In this document: positions 8,905 to 21,362 of the stretch, one piece after another
Layout of the letters: every line of letters begins with the position of its first letter
How positions within the stretch are numbered: the first letter of the stretch is position 1
Source of the DNA: an uncultured Gemmatimonadaceae bacterium
GTDB taxonomy: Bacteria > Gemmatimonadota > Gemmatimonadetes > Gemmatimonadales > Gemmatimonadaceae
DNA: 64,000 nt
Direction: 5' to 3'
Assembly (NCBI GenBank): GCA_963822945.1
Contig: CAWGJO010000001.1
Coordinates: 1 to 64,000 of the forward strand
Program-made: the position numbers and the translations under genes
Notes under the pieces: model-generated
The model's input: the letters and a program-made list of their open reading frames with translations, nothing else
Told to the model about the DNA's origin: nothing
Databases searched by the model: none

Positions 8905-11382
8905 TCAGGGGGCGTCGGCGGCGAGCGGCTCCCCGGACGACGGCGATTCGTGCGATTCGCGCGGTTCGTGCGGGCGGGCGTCGCTGGCGCGGCGTCGCGG
9001 GGGCCGGGCGCGGCGGCCCGACTCGTCGAGCAGCGCGTGCTGGAGCACCTGATCCATGCGGTCCACGAACGTGAACGCCATGTGCTGCCGGATCTCGTCG
9101 GGCACGTCGCGCACGTCCTTCTCGTTGGCCTTGGGCAGGATCACCTCGCGCAGCCCCGATCGGTAGGCGGCCAGCACCTTCTCCTTCACCCCGCCGATCT
9201 CCAGCACCTTTCCCCGCAGGGTCACCTCGCCGGTCATCGCCAGATCGCGGCGCACGGGGCGCTGGCTGAGCACGCTCGCGATGGCGAGCGTGATCGTGAT
9301 CCCGGCGCTGGGGCCGTCCTTGGGAATCGCTCCCGCCGGCAGGTGAATGTGCAGGTCGTGCTCCTTGAACGTGACGTCGGAAATCGCGAGCTGGCCGGCC
9401 CGCGACCGAACGTACGAATGCGCCGCGTCCACGGATTCACGCATCACGTCGCCCAACTGACCGGTGACCGTGAGCTTGCCGGTGCCCGCCATGCGCAGCG
9501 CCTCGATCACCATCAACTCGCCGCCGGTGGATGTCCAGGCGAGTCCGGTGACCACGCCCACCTCTGGCTCCTGCTCGGCCGGCTCCGGCATGTAGTGCGG
9601 CACGCCCAGCAGCTCCTCCACCCGCCGCTCGTCGATCACCCACGCGCCCTCCACCCGCTCCGCCTTGCGGCGCGCCCGCTTGCGCAGGATCGCCGACAGG
9701 TTGCGCTCGAACGTGCGCAACCCCGCTTCGCGCGAGTAGCGATTCGAGATGTAAGTCAGCGACTCGTCGGTGAACTGGATGTCCTTGTCGTCGAGTCCGT
9801 GATCGACGAGCAATTTGGGCAGCAGATAGCGCCACGCGATCTCGACCTTCTCCTCGCCCGTATAGCCCGCGATCTTGATGATCTCCATGCGGTCGCGCAG
9901 CGGGCCGGGAATGTCGAACAGGTTGTTCGCCGTGCAGATGAACAGCACCGACGAGAGGTCGAACGCCAGGTTCAGGTAGTGGTCGGTGAACGTCTTGTTC
10001 TGCGTGGGGTCGAGCACCTCGAGCATCGCCGCCGCAGGGTCGCCCGACGGGCCGCCCCCCGACATCTTGTCGATCTCGTCGATCATCAGCACCGGGTCGT
10101 TCACCTGCACGCGGCGCAGCGCCTGCAGCAGCAGCCCGGGCATGGCTCCCACGTAGGTGCGCCGGTGGCCGCGCACCTCGGCCTCGTCGCGCACGCCGCC
10201 CACCGAGATCCGGTAGCAGGGCCGGCCGATGGCGGCGCCGATGGCCTCGCCGAGCGACGTCTTGCCCGTGCCCGGGGGGCCCACGAAGCAGAGGATCGGC
10301 CCCTGTGACGAGCCGCCACGCAGTTGGCGCACGGCGAGGAATTCGAGGATGCGTTCCTTGGCTTCGTCCAACCCGTAGTGTCGCCCGTCGAGCGACTCCT
10401 GCACCTTCGCGATCTCGATGTCGTGATGGCCGGAGTTCGTGCTCCAGGGCAGCGCCAGCACCCAGTCGAGGTACGTGCGCACCACCTGGTACTCGCTCGA
10501 CGCCGGCGCCAGCATTCGCAGCCGCTCCACTTCGCGCTTGGCCTCGGCCAGCGCCTTCTCCGGGAGCACGGCCTCCTCGATGCGGGCCAGCAACTCCCGC
10601 ACGTCCTTCTCGTTGGGATCCGTCTCGCCCAGTTCGCCCTGGATGGCGCGCAGCTGCTGCCGCAGGAAGAACTCGCGCTGGTGCTCGTCGATCTTGATCT
10701 CCGTCTGCTTCTTGACGTCGTCCAGCACGCGGGCCCGTGCCACTTCCCGCTCCAGGCGCGTGAGCACGAAGCGCAAGCGCTGTCCGATGTCCAGGCGCTG
10801 CAGCACCTCGTCGCGATCGGCGATCCGGAATCCGAGGTTGGTGGCCGCCAGGTCGGCAAAGCGCCCCGGGTCGGCGACGTTCATGCGGAGAATCGACGGC
10901 ACGTCGCTCGAGATCTTCTCGGCCACGTCGGCCAGCGTCTCGGCGGCCGCGATCACGCGCGTGATCAACTCGCGCCCGTCGGTGGGATCAACCGGCGATT
11001 CCTTTGCGTCGCGGACGATCGCCACCGGGTAGGGCTCGGTCTGCTGTACGTCCTCGATCATGATGCGCTGCATGCCCTGCAGCGTGATCTGCACGGTGTG
11101 GCCGGGCAGGTTGATCCGCTCGTGCACGCGCGCAACCACGCCGATGCGGTTCACCACGGCAGCGGTGTCGAGTGGGTCTTCGGCTTCACCGGGAGCCACG
11201 ATGAGCGCCACCGACAACCCCGGTTCCGGGTTGTCGTTCAGCAGCGCCATGTTTTCGGGGGCCCCCATCTGCACGGCGATGGTGCCGTGTGGGAAGACGA
11301 TCGTCGAGCGCAGCGCCATGAGCGGCATCGTGCGCGGAAGCAGCGACGCGAACAGATCTTCCTGCCGAGGGACTTTAGGCAT
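8905..11382 (-). CDS. lon: ATP-dependent protease La (Lon)
   Basis: Lon N-domain, [48 protein letters not shown] (catalytic Ser), IGGVKEK (catalytic Lys). Confidence 0.97.
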   Translation of the reverse strand: MPKVPRQEDLFASLLPRTMPLMALRSTIVFPHGTIAVQMGAPENMALLNDNPEPGLSVALIVAPGEAEDPLDTAAVVNRIGVVARVHERINLPGHTVQITLQGMQRIMIEDVQQTEPYPVAIVRDAKESPVDPTDGRELITRVIAAAETLADVAEKISSDVPSILRMNVADPGRFADLAATNLGFRIADRDEVLQRLDIGQRLRFVLTRLEREVARARVLDDVKKQTEIKIDEHQREFFLRQQLRAIQGELGETDPNEKDVRELLARIEEAVLPEKALAEAKREVERLRMLAPASSEYQVVRTYLDWVLALPWSTNSGHHDIEIAKVQESLDGRHYGLDEAKERILEFLAVRQLRGGSSQGPILCFVGPPGTGKTSLGEAIGAAIGRPCYRISVGGVRDEAEVRGHRRTYVGAMPGLLLQALRRVQVNDPVLMIDEIDKMSGGGPSGDPAAAMLEVLDPTQNKTFTDHYLNLAFDLSSVLFICTANNLFDIPGPLRDRMEIIKIAGYTGEEKVEIAWRYLLPKLLVDHGLDDKDIQFTDESLTYISNRYSREAGLRTFERNLSAILRKRARRKAERVEGAWVIDERRVEELLGVPHYMPEPAEQEPEVGVVTGLAWTSTGGELMVIEALRMAGTGKLTVTGQLGDVMRESVDAAHSYVRSRAGQLAISDVTFKEHDLHIHLPAGAIPKDGPSAGITITLAIASVLSQRPVRRDLAMTGEVTLRGKVLEIGGVKEKVLAAYRSGLREVILPKANEKDVRDVPDEIRQHMAFTFVDRMDQVLQHALLDESGRRARPPRRRASDARPHEPRESHESPSSGEPLAADAP

Positions 11383-11510
11383 TCGCCTCGAGGGGCTCGA
11401 TAGGTAGGATGCGAGTCGAACGGCGGCGCGGATCGGGCGGAGCCTGCGCGTGTGCGCGACCGACCCCGTTCCCTTGTCTTAAATCATAACAGCATCTACG
11501 TTTAAGGGCT

Positions 11511-12839
<1,329 letters not shown>

Positions 12840-12931
12840 TTTAGTGGGTCGCAGGACGGGTGCGGCCGGGAGATGCCCGGCACGCGAGGAGCCCGCAGCA
12901 GTACCGTCACGTACACGAGGAGCATGGTCCC

Positions 12932-13249
12932 ATGGCAGTCAAGATTCGTTTGCGCCGCACCGGCCGCACCAAGCAGCCGTACTACCGCATCGTCGTCGCC
13001 GACTCGCGCAGCCCGCGCGACGGGCGGTTCATCGAGATCGTCGGGCAGTATGCGCCCCGTCAGGGCGAGACGGCACTGAACCTGAAGGCCGACCGCGTCA
13101 ATCACTGGCTGGACAACGGCGCTCAGCCCACGGACACGGTCCGGTCGCTCCTGCGCAAGGCGGGGATTCTCAAAGCGCGCCACGAGGCGCGGCTGGCCGA
13201 GAAGCTCAAGGGCCAGGCCGTGGCCATCGAAGCGCCCAGCGAGAGCTGA
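12932..13249 (+). CDS. rpsP: 30S ribosomal protein S16
   Basis: [43 protein letters not shown]. Confidence 0.98.
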   Translation: MAVKIRLRRTGRTKQPYYRIVVADSRSPRDGRFIEIVGQYAPRQGETALNLKADRVNHWLDNGAQPTDTVRSLLRKAGILKARHEARLAEKLKGQAVAIEAPSES

Positions 13250-13284
13250 GCGCCCACCCGCCGGCTCGGCAGGGAGAGGGGGAG

Positions 13285-13821
13285 ATGGCCGCGCCCGAGT
13301 TCCTCATCGTCGGGCGGGTTCGCAAGGCACACGGCATACGCGGCGAACTCGTCGTCGAACCGATCACCGACGCGCCGGACGCGATCTTCGCGCCCGGCCG
13401 TCGTGTCTTGGTGGGCACCCCGGCCGGTGACGTCTCGCCCGACCGCCGCGAACTGCACGTGAGCGCGGTGCGCCCCATGGGCGAGGGGCTGCTGGTGCAC
13501 TTCGACGAGATTCCCGACCGGACGGCGGCCGAACTCTGGCGCGGGCGCTACTTCCTGGTACCGGCCGAAGAGGTGCCGCCCCCCGCCGACGACGAGGTCT
13601 ACGTCCACGAACTCCTCGGCATGCGCGTGGTGCTGGTGACGGGCGAAGCGGTGGGCGACGTGCGGGAGGTCTACGAACTCCCGCAGGGGCTGGCCATCGA
13701 CGTCACCCGCGCCGCCGGCACAGGCACCGTCATGGTGCCGTTCGACGAGCGGGTGGTGACTGGTGTCGACCGCGACGCGCGCGTGATCACCATCGACCCG
13801 CCGGCCGGGCTCCTCGACTGA
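13285..13821 (+). CDS. rimM: Ribosome maturation factor RimM
   Basis: VGRVRKAHGIRGE...MVPF...IDPPAGLLD; conserved position between rpsP and trmD. Confidence 0.95.
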   Translation: MAAPEFLIVGRVRKAHGIRGELVVEPITDAPDAIFAPGRRVLVGTPAGDVSPDRRELHVSAVRPMGEGLLVHFDEIPDRTAAELWRGRYFLVPAEEVPPPADDEVYVHELLGMRVVLVTGEAVGDVREVYELPQGLAIDVTRAAGTGTVMVPFDERVVTGVDRDARVITIDPPAGLLD

Positions 13822-14678
13822 TGCTGCGCATCAACGTGGTGACGATCTTTCCCGAGTTCTTCGCCGGGCCGCTGGGGCTCAGCATCCCAGCGCGCGCGAA
13901 GGCTGCGGGGAGTGTGGACTACCGCGTGGTCGACCTTCGCGACTACACGCACGATCGCCATCGCACCGTGGACGACTATCCGTACGGGGGCGGGGCGGGG
14001 ATGGTGATGAAGCCGGGCCCCTTCTTCGAGGCCGTGGAGGCACTGGGCGCCAGGCCGCCCATCGTGCTGGTGTCCGCGCGCGGGCGGCAGTTCACCCACG
14101 CCGACGCGGCCCGCTTCGCGGCCGGCGAAGAACTCACCGTGCTCTGCGGCCATTACAAGGACGTGGACCAGCGGGTGGCCGATCATCTGGCCACCGAGGA
14201 ACTGTCGCTCGGGCCGTTCGTGTTGAGCGGCGGCGAGCCGGCGGCGCTGGCGATCATCGATGCCACCGCACGGCTGCTTCCCGGCGCGATGTCGGACCAC
14301 GAGAGCGCGCGCACCGACTCCTTCTACGAGGACGCGGGGCTGAGCGCGCCGAGCTACACCCGTCCGCCGGAGTTTCGCGGGTTCACGGTGCCCGACGTGC
14401 TGCTCTCGGGCGACCACGCGAAGATCGCCGCCTGGCGGAAGGCGGAGGGGGAGCGGTTGACCGCGAGTCGGCCCGGAGCCCGAGCGGCCATCGGAATGAG
14501 GTTCGGGAGGCGGCCCGGCGGCTGCGGCCGGCCCGGGCGCGTCACGACCGTGGAACTACGGATTGCGCGGATGAGCGGACCGGACGCGGAAACGTGGTTG
14601 GGTGCAGGCACGCTCCCCAAGCTCTTTTCCGTTCATTCTCCGTTCCGCTATCCGTTGAATCCGTATCCAAGTCGTTGA
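13821..14678 (+). CDS. trmD: tRNA (guanine37-N1)-methyltransferase; C-terminal extension may be an indel artefact
   Basis: VDDYPYGGGAGMVMK, LCGHYKDVDQR, SLGPFVLSGGE, YTRP, VPDVLLSGDH. Confidence 0.95.
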   Translation: MLRINVVTIFPEFFAGPLGLSIPARAKAAGSVDYRVVDLRDYTHDRHRTVDDYPYGGGAGMVMKPGPFFEAVEALGARPPIVLVSARGRQFTHADAARFAAGEELTVLCGHYKDVDQRVADHLATEELSLGPFVLSGGEPAALAIIDATARLLPGAMSDHESARTDSFYEDAGLSAPSYTRPPEFRGFTVPDVLLSGDHAKIAAWRKAEGERLTASRPGARAAIGMRFGRRPGGCGRPGRVTTVELRIARMSGPDAETWLGAGTLPKLFSVHSPFRYPLNPYPSR

Positions 14679-14862
14679 TGCGCATGCCGCGGGAATGTGC
14701 GGCCGCCGAGATCGAGCAGTGGTACCCACGCAATTCGACGCCGCCCGGGTCTCAATTGCGGGGGTGAATCACCGGGCTGGCGTCCCGGCCAGTGCGCAAT
14801 TACCTTTCCCAGTCTGCACCCGATAACTCGATATTTCACGGGCCCTTAGCCCGGAGACACAT

Positions 14863-15246
14863 ATGCACGCGTTCACCGAAACCCAGAAAGAGTGGCTCCG
14901 CTCCGACATCCCGCCCTTCCGTCCGGGCGACACGCTGCGCGTGAACGTGCGCGTGAAGGAAGGCGAGAAGGAGCGCACGCAGGCCTTCGAAGGCGTGTGC
15001 ATTGCGCGCAAGGGCGCCGGCGTCAGTGAGACGTTCACCGTGCGCAAGATCTCCAACGGCGTGGGCGTGGAGCGCGTGTTCCCCGTGCACAGCCCCATGA
15101 TCGGCGACCTGACCGTCGTGCGCCGTGGCCGCGTGCGTCGCGCCAAGCTCTACTACCTGCGCCATCTCACCGGCAAGGCGACGCGTATCAAGGAGCGCAA
15201 GGTTCGCGTCACCGTTCCCAGCACCGGTTCCAGCGAAACCGAGTGA
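14863..15246 (+). CDS. rplS: 50S ribosomal protein L19
   Basis: [45 protein letters not shown]. Confidence 0.98.
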   Translation: MHAFTETQKEWLRSDIPPFRPGDTLRVNVRVKEGEKERTQAFEGVCIARKGAGVSETFTVRKISNGVGVERVFPVHSPMIGDLTVVRRGRVRRAKLYYLRHLTGKATRIKERKVRVTVPSTGSSETE

Positions 15247-15249
15247 CGC

Positions 15250-15912
15250 ATGGCGGCCGGGGCTGACCGCTCGCCGGCACGCGCCCGCCGCCATCGCTGG
15301 AGCCCGCTCGAGCGGCAACTCCGGCAACGAATCGGCCCGCTGATTGCGGGTGTGGATGAAGTGGGACGGGGCCCCCTCGCGGGCCCCGTTGTCGCATGCG
15401 TCGTCGTCATGCCGCCCGGCGCCCGGGCGATCGCCGGCGTGGACGACTCCAAGCGGCTCACCGCCGCCCAGCGCGAACGCCTCGACGTCAAGATCCGCGC
15501 GCGCGCGCTCGCCTGGAGCCTCGGCGCCGCCAGCGTGCGGGAGATCGACGAGATCAATATCTACAAGGCGACCGTGCGCGCCATGCAGCGCGCCCTGGCT
15601 CGGCTGCGCGTCACGCCGGACCACGTGATCGTGGACGGCAAGCCGATCCGCACCCTTGGCCTGGAGCACACGGCCGTGGTGGGCGGGGATGCCCGCTGCT
15701 ACAGCGTGGCCTGCGCCTCGATTGTCGCCAAGGTGACGCGGGATCGGCTGATGCGCGCCCTGGCGCGCCGGTACCCGCTCTACCACTGGGAGCGGAATGC
15801 GGGCTACGGCACGCCCGCCCATCTGGCCAGCCTGTGGGAACACGGGGCGTCGATCCACCACCGCCGGTCGTTCCTGCCGCGCGTGCAGGCCGAGATGTTC
15901 GATCAGGGCTGA
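15250..15912 (+). CDS. rnhB: Ribonuclease HII
   Basis: AGVDEVGRGPLAGPVV, DDSKRL, VDG, GGDA, ASIVAKVTRD, GYGT, HRRSF. Confidence 0.96.
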   Translation: MAAGADRSPARARRHRWSPLERQLRQRIGPLIAGVDEVGRGPLAGPVVACVVVMPPGARAIAGVDDSKRLTAAQRERLDVKIRARALAWSLGAASVREIDEINIYKATVRAMQRALARLRVTPDHVIVDGKPIRTLGLEHTAVVGGDARCYSVACASIVAKVTRDRLMRALARRYPLYHWERNAGYGTPAHLASLWEHGASIHHRRSFLPRVQAEMFDQG

Positions 15913-16229
15913 TCCGACCTACCGACCGACCAAGTGATCTGACGGTTCAACAGGTCTCGTCAAAAGGCCCAGACAAGGCACAAGCCTTTTGGCCGCTTTC
16001 ACTTACCTGTTGTTTGTCGCTTGAGCACCCGGCGGGCCTCGCCAATCGTCCGAAAACCCATGTGACGATTGGTTCCAATGAATGGGTTACCCAACAGAAT
16101 ACCCGTTGTGGCCAACTCATTGGCTCCAGCGCGTATTTCCTTCCCACCCCCACGAGATGCCGGCTCCGTCCCGAGGCCCGCACCGTGCACCCGCCGCCCG
16201 CCCTGGGCGGCGACCACCGGAGGAACACC

Positions 16230-19200
16230 ATGCGATTGGAACGCTGGAAGCTGTTTGCCGCCGGAGCGGCCGCGATGCTGTGCCTGATGGGCGCGGCGTC
16301 GACCGTTCAGGCACAGGGGACCGTGACCGGCCGCGTGATGGCGACCGGAACCAACGAGCCGCTGAGTGGCAGCCGCGTGATGCTCGTTGGGACGAGCCTC
16401 GTTACCGTGACCACGGCCGATGGCCGGTACACGCTCCGTAACGTGCCGGCCGGCGCGCAGCAAGTCCGCGTCATCCGGGTCGGGTATCAGGAGATGAAGA
16501 AGCCGGTGACCGTGACGTCCGGCGAGACGGCGACGCTCGACTTCGCGATGAGTCAGGCGGTGGTCCAGCTCTCCGAGATCGTGACCACGGCCACCGGGCA
16601 GCAGCGCCGGGTGGAGCTCGGCAATGCGGTCTCGACGCTGGGGAACGTCAACCAGAAGGTCGAGACGACGCCGATCAACAATCTCTCCGACCTGATGGTG
16701 GCCAAGGCGCCGGGCGTGGTGGTGCTGCCGGGCGCCATGACGGGCGCCGCGCCGGTGGTGCGCATCCGCGGCATCGGGTCGCTGGCCACGAGCGGCAGCG
16801 GCATCAACAACAACCCGATCTACATCATCGATGGCGTGCGCATGAACACCCAGACCTACGGGTTCGGGTTCACGGGCACGCAGGGCAGCATGCTCAACGA
16901 CCTGGATCCGAACGAGATCGAGGACGTCGAGATCGTGAAGGGCCCGTCGGCGGCGACGCTGTACGGCACCGACGCGGCCAACGGCGTCATCGTGATCACG
17001 ACCAAGAAGGGCCGGGCGGGCAACACGCGCTGGACCTGGTTCGGCGAGGTGGGCAACGTCGACGATCGGAACAAGTATCCCACGTCCTACGCGTCGTGGA
17101 GCCACAGCGGCACGACCAACAACCGCTGTTCGCTGGTGAACCAGAGTCTCGGGAACTGCACGGTGGACAGTCTGACCTCGTTCAGCGTGTTGGAGAATCC
17201 CGCAACTACCTCGATCCATATGGGGAATCGCAGCGACTACGGGATGCAGGCGAGCGGCGGGTCGGACCAGGTGCGGTTCTTCGTCAGCGGCGACATCCAG
17301 AACGAGATCGGCCCGGTCAAGATGCCGGGGTTCGCGCAGGCGACGCTCGTCGACTCGATGGGCACGCCGATGCGGGATGAGTGGCTGCACCCCGAGGCCT
17401 TCCAGTCGTACAACTTCCGGACGAACCTGAGTGCGAGTCTGAGCCCGAAGTTCGATCTGACGATGAACGCGGGGTACTCGAACACCAATCAGCGGATGCC
17501 GGAGGTGGACAACAACATCTTCAGCTTCATCTACAGCGCGCTCAACAACCCGGGCTTCAACTACAATGGGTTGGGTTACAACGAGATCGGCACGCTGGGC
17601 GAGTACAAGAACGGCTACGGCGTCTACAGCCCGGCGCAGATCTTCCAGATGGTGAACGAAGCCGGGACGCAGCGGTTCATCGGCTCCGCCAATGCGTCGT
17701 GGCGGCCCTTCGCTTGGATGACCAATACGGGGACGGCGGGCCTCGACCTGGCGAACCTGAACCAGCTCCGGCTCAACCGCTTCGGCGAAGGCGCCAACTC
17801 GGGCACGCGGCGCGAGGGCAGCGTCCGCAATTCCCAGGACAACTATCGCAACTTCTCGGCGAAGCTGGTGAGCAATTCCAACTGGCAGGCGCGGTCGGAC
17901 CTGATCGTCACCACGACGGTGGGCGCCGACTACACCAACCAGGAGCATGACGGCGTGGTGGCCGGCGGGACGAACCTGCCGCCGGGCGCGCAGACGGTGG
18001 GGCAGGCGGCGGTGCAATATGCCAGCAACACGCTGCAGACGGTGGACAAGACGCTCGGCCTCTACGTCCAGGAGCAGGCGGCGTTCCGCGACCGGTTGTT
18101 CGTGACCGTGGCGGCCCGCACCGACCAGAACAGCGCGTTCGGGACGAACTTCTCCCGGATCGTGTACCCGAAGGCGAGCGTGTCCTGGATCATCTCGGAC
18201 GAGAGCTTCTTCCCGAAGTACAGCTGGCTGAACCAGTTCCGGCTGCGCAGTGCGTACGGCGCGTCGGGCGTCTCGCCCGGCGGCACGGTCGCGTTGCGGA
18301 CCTACAATGCCTCGACGGCCAACATCGCCAGCATCCCGGGCGCGGCCGGCGGGACCGACACGCCGGGGCTGCTGGCGAATGCGCTGGGCAACCCCAACCT
18401 CAAGCCGGAGCGCTCGGCGGAATTGGAGGCCGGGTTCGAAGCGGACGTCATCGACAGCCGCGCCCACGTGAGCTTCACCTACTACAGCAAGAAGACGCAC
18501 GACGCGCTGATCAGCCAGCAGATCGCGTCGTCCTCCGGCGCCTCGGCCCTGAGCGTGTTGAAGAACCTGGGCTCGGTGGCCAACTCGGGGCTCGAACTCG
18601 AGGTCAACAGCCAGCTCATCGACCGGCGCCAGTTGGGCTGGGACGTGACGATCGCCGCCTCGCACAACAGCAACAAGGTGCTGTCACTGGGGAACGATCC
18701 CAGCGGCCAGCCCAACCCGACCATCGGGACCGGCAGCTCGCGGGACTCGGTCGGCCTGCCGGTGAACGCCGTGTTTTCGCGGCCGTACACCTACAGCGAT
18801 GCGAACGGGGACGGCATCATCACGCCCAACGAAGTGACGATCGATCCGAACTACCAGTACAAGGGGTATTCGGCGCCGCGCGACATCTTCTCGGTCACGA
18901 ACGGCTTCGACCTGTTCAACCGGAAGCTCCGCATCACGGTGTTGACCGACTACAAGGGCGGCAACATCCTCAACAACAGTTCCTTCAGCTTCTATTCCCG
19001 GGGCGCGACGTGGTATGCGAGCAACGTGCCGACGACGCCGCTGTGGGATCAGGCGCGCTCGGTGGCGTACTCGAGCGCCAAGAACCCGAACTCCGACTGG
19101 GGATTCCGGGAGAGCGGGCAGTACTGGAAGCTGCGTGAGGTGTCGGCCGCCTGGACGATGCCGAACGTGGTGGCGGCACGGCTGCGGGCGCGCGATGCCC

Positions 19201-19352
19201 AGCTGGTGTTCTCGGCGCGCAATCTCCACACGTGGACTTCGTACACGGGCTTCGATCCGGAAGCGAACTACTCCACCGGCGACGTCCAGAACACGTTCTC
19301 CACGCTGGCGCCGCCGACGTACTTCATTCTCCGCATGAATCTCCACTACTAG
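16230..19352 (+). CDS. SusC/RagA family TonB-linked outer membrane transporter
   Basis: Signal peptide, carboxypeptidase-regulatory-like N-domain, NPIYIIDGV, EIEDVEIVKGPSAATLYGTDAANGVIVITTKKG, GNPNLKPE, C-terminal aromatic residue; RBS GGAGG before ATG 16230. Confidence 0.93.
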   Translation: MRLERWKLFAAGAAAMLCLMGAASTVQAQGTVTGRVMATGTNEPLSGSRVMLVGTSLVTVTTADGRYTLRNVPAGAQQVRVIRVGYQEMKKPVTVTSGETATLDFAMSQAVVQLSEIVTTATGQQRRVELGNAVSTLGNVNQKVETTPINNLSDLMVAKAPGVVVLPGAMTGAAPVVRIRGIGSLATSGSGINNNPIYIIDGVRMNTQTYGFGFTGTQGSMLNDLDPNEIEDVEIVKGPSAATLYGTDAANGVIVITTKKGRAGNTRWTWFGEVGNVDDRNKYPTSYASWSHSGTTNNRCSLVNQSLGNCTVDSLTSFSVLENPATTSIHMGNRSDYGMQASGGSDQVRFFVSGDIQNEIGPVKMPGFAQATLVDSMGTPMRDEWLHPEAFQSYNFRTNLSASLSPKFDLTMNAGYSNTNQRMPEVDNNIFSFIYSALNNPGFNYNGLGYNEIGTLGEYKNGYGVYSPAQIFQMVNEAGTQRFIGSANASWRPFAWMTNTGTAGLDLANLNQLRLNRFGEGANSGTRREGSVRNSQDNYRNFSAKLVSNSNWQARSDLIVTTTVGADYTNQEHDGVVAGGTNLPPGAQTVGQAAVQYASNTLQTVDKTLGLYVQEQAAFRDRLFVTVAARTDQNSAFGTNFSRIVYPKASVSWIISDESFFPKYSWLNQFRLRSAYGASGVSPGGTVALRTYNASTANIASIPGAAGGTDTPGLLANALGNPNLKPERSAELEAGFEADVIDSRAHVSFTYYSKKTHDALISQQIASSSGASALSVLKNLGSVANSGLELEVNSQLIDRRQLGWDVTIAASHNSNKVLSLGNDPSGQPNPTIGTGSSRDSVGLPVNAVFSRPYTYSDANGDGIITPNEVTIDPNYQYKGYSAPRDIFSVTNGFDLFNRKLRITVLTDYKGGNILNNSSFSFYSRGATWYASNVPTTPLWDQARSVAYSSAKNPNSDWGFRESGQYWKLREVSAAWTMPNVVAARLRARDAQLVFSARNLHTWTSYTGFDPEANYSTGDVQNTFSTLAPPTYFILRMNLHY

Positions 19353-19373
19353 CCCCGTCGAGGATCATCTACG

Positions 19374-20768
19374 ATGACGAAATTCAGCTTCTGGCATCGA
19401 GGAGGACGGGCGGCGATCGCGGTCGTCTGCGGCAGCCTCTTCCTCGGCGCCTGTAACGTGAACCAGGAGTTGCTGCAACCGCAGCAGCCGGGCGTGATCA
19501 GCCCCGAAGCGGTGGTCACGGCCACGGCCGCCGACGCGCTCTGGACCGGCGCGCTCGGGCAATGGAAGGCCGCCATGAACGGCAGCGGCACCAGTAATCG
19601 GGAATCGCTGTGGAACTGGGAGGGGCTGTTCACCGACGAGATGCGGTCGACCGACACCTTCACCCAGCGGCAGGACGCCGATCAGCGGAACCTGCAGAGC
19701 AACGACGGTGTGCTGACGCCCATCTACAACACTGCGCAGCAGGCGCGCGGCCGGGCGCGGGACGCGATCAACGCGCTGTTGGCGTACGATCAGTCGGCCA
19801 CCGGCAAGCAGCACGTGGGCGAGATGTACCTGATGATGGGCTACATCGAGATGGAGATGTCGCAGGCGTTCTGCAACGGCATCCCCTTCGGCGAGACCGT
19901 GGATGGGGTGCCGGAGTACACCCAACCGCTCACCAACGCGCAGGGGTTTGCGCTGGCGATCTCGCGGATCGATACGGCGCTCACCTTCCTCACGGGCACC
20001 GACTCAGGGTCCCTGACCATCAAGTGGGCAGCGCTGGTGACCAAGGCGCGGGCGCAGGTGGATCTCGGTGACTTCGCCGGGGCTGCCGCGACCGTGGCCG
20101 GGATCCCGACCGGCTTCCAGTACAACTTCACCTATTCGCAGACCACGGTCGACAACGAGTGGTGGATCCTGGGGACGAGCGTGAAGCGGTATTCGGCGGG
20201 CGACAGCACTGACGTCGCGGGCCAGATCCTGAACGCGATTCCGTTCGCGCGCCTGGGCGATCCCCGCGTGTTGGCCGTGGATACGCACACGAAGGCGGAA
20301 GACAACACCTCCGACTTCGTGGACGTGCAGAACTGGGGGCGGGACGATCCGATCCCGGCGCTTTCCGGCATCGATGCGCGGCTGATCGAAGCCGAGGCGC
20401 AGTTGCAGGCCGGCAGCATTCCGGGGATGATGGCGATCCTCAACAATTTGCGCACGTCGCCGCAGGTGCTCGGCATCATGAACGTGCCGGCGATGGCGGC
20501 GCTGCCGACCCCGCCGGATCTGACGTCGGCCACCAATCTGTTCTTCCGCGAGAAGGCGCTCTGGCAGTTCCAGCGCGGCTATCGCATGGACGACCTGCGG
20601 CGGCTGGTGCGGCAGTACGGCCGCGCGCAGAACAACGTGTTCCCGTCGGGCAAGTTCACGTCCCTGGGCGCGCCGGCGGGTGATTACGGCTCGCAGGTGG
20701 CGTTCCCGGTGCCCGATTACGAGAAGACCAACCCGAACTTCCACGGCTGCATCGACACCAACGCCTGA
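19374..20768 (+). CDS. SusD/RagB-like outer membrane lipoprotein
   Basis: Lipobox LGAC, TDE, ARLIEAEA, REKALWQFQRGYRMDDLRR, FPVP; directly downstream of susC. Confidence 0.88.
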   Translation: MTKFSFWHRGGRAAIAVVCGSLFLGACNVNQELLQPQQPGVISPEAVVTATAADALWTGALGQWKAAMNGSGTSNRESLWNWEGLFTDEMRSTDTFTQRQDADQRNLQSNDGVLTPIYNTAQQARGRARDAINALLAYDQSATGKQHVGEMYLMMGYIEMEMSQAFCNGIPFGETVDGVPEYTQPLTNAQGFALAISRIDTALTFLTGTDSGSLTIKWAALVTKARAQVDLGDFAGAAATVAGIPTGFQYNFTYSQTTVDNEWWILGTSVKRYSAGDSTDVAGQILNAIPFARLGDPRVLAVDTHTKAEDNTSDFVDVQNWGRDDPIPALSGIDARLIEAEAQLQAGSIPGMMAILNNLRTSPQVLGIMNVPAMAALPTPPDLTSATNLFFREKALWQFQRGYRMDDLRRLVRQYGRAQNNVFPSGKFTSLGAPAGDYGSQVAFPVPDYEKTNPNFHGCIDTNA

Positions 20769-20816
20769 TCCCTCGGGACGGGCCGCGATGTCGGCGGCAG
20801 GCTGGAACGCAGCAAG

Positions 20817-20855
20817 CGCGGGGGGCGACGAGAGTCGCCCCCCGCGTGCTTCGTT
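20817..20855 (+). terminator. GC-rich hairpin, likely terminator of susCD
   Basis: Perfect 13-bp stem cgcggggggcgac / gtcgccccccgcg with a GAGA loop, followed by tgcttcgtt. Confidence 0.65.
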
Positions 20856-21120
20856 CGGAGAATGGTGGGCGTCATTGGCTGCCCAGTGCCGTACCAGGCG
20901 AGCGACGCGTCCCGTCGTCGCGGCCGGGTCAGTGCCTGAGCCAGATGAGTGTGACACATCCGCCGCCGGCCATCGTCCCCGCGGCGTTCGTCTCCTCGCG
21001 CACGTAGAAGCCGTTCCGGATCAACTCGGGAATGGTGTCGGCCTTCGAGAGTTTCATCGCGCCCGTTGCGGTCACGATGACGGGGGAGAGCATGTGCCCC
21101 ATGCGAAGGAGCGTCTACGA

Positions 21121-21156
21121 GAACGGCCCGCATCACATTTGTGATGCAGGCCGTTC
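21121..21156 (-). terminator. Hairpin downstream of tRNA-Lys
   Basis: gaacggcc-c-gcatcac attt gtgatgc-a-ggccgttc, about 16 bp with one G-U pair on the minus strand. Confidence 0.55.
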
Positions 21157-21169
21157 GGTGTCAGGCAGA

Positions 21170-21242
<73 letters not shown>

Positions 21243-21362
21243 GTGATGGAGCAAACTTCGCACATCGAAATGCCCCACACAACTGATCCAGCTGCGCGCA
21301 CCAGGCCTCGGTGACGCGATCGCCATCCCACCCCACTTGACGATGAGTGTGCCGTGCACGTA

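Noticed and set aside
7636..10308. Very long antisense ORFs (also 55105-58011, 33741-37028, 15999-18665)
   Set aside because: They are shadows of real genes on the opposite strand, as expected from high-GC codon bias, and have no protein motifs.
14470..14678. C-terminal extension of TrmD as a novel domain
   Set aside because: The sequence is low-complexity and non-protein-like, more likely read-through from an indel or lost stop.
20929..21102. 57-aa minus-strand ORF (MGHMLSPVIVTATGAMKLSK...) downstream of tRNA-Lys
   Set aside because: No recognisable motif or clear RBS. It could be chance or a gene remnant.
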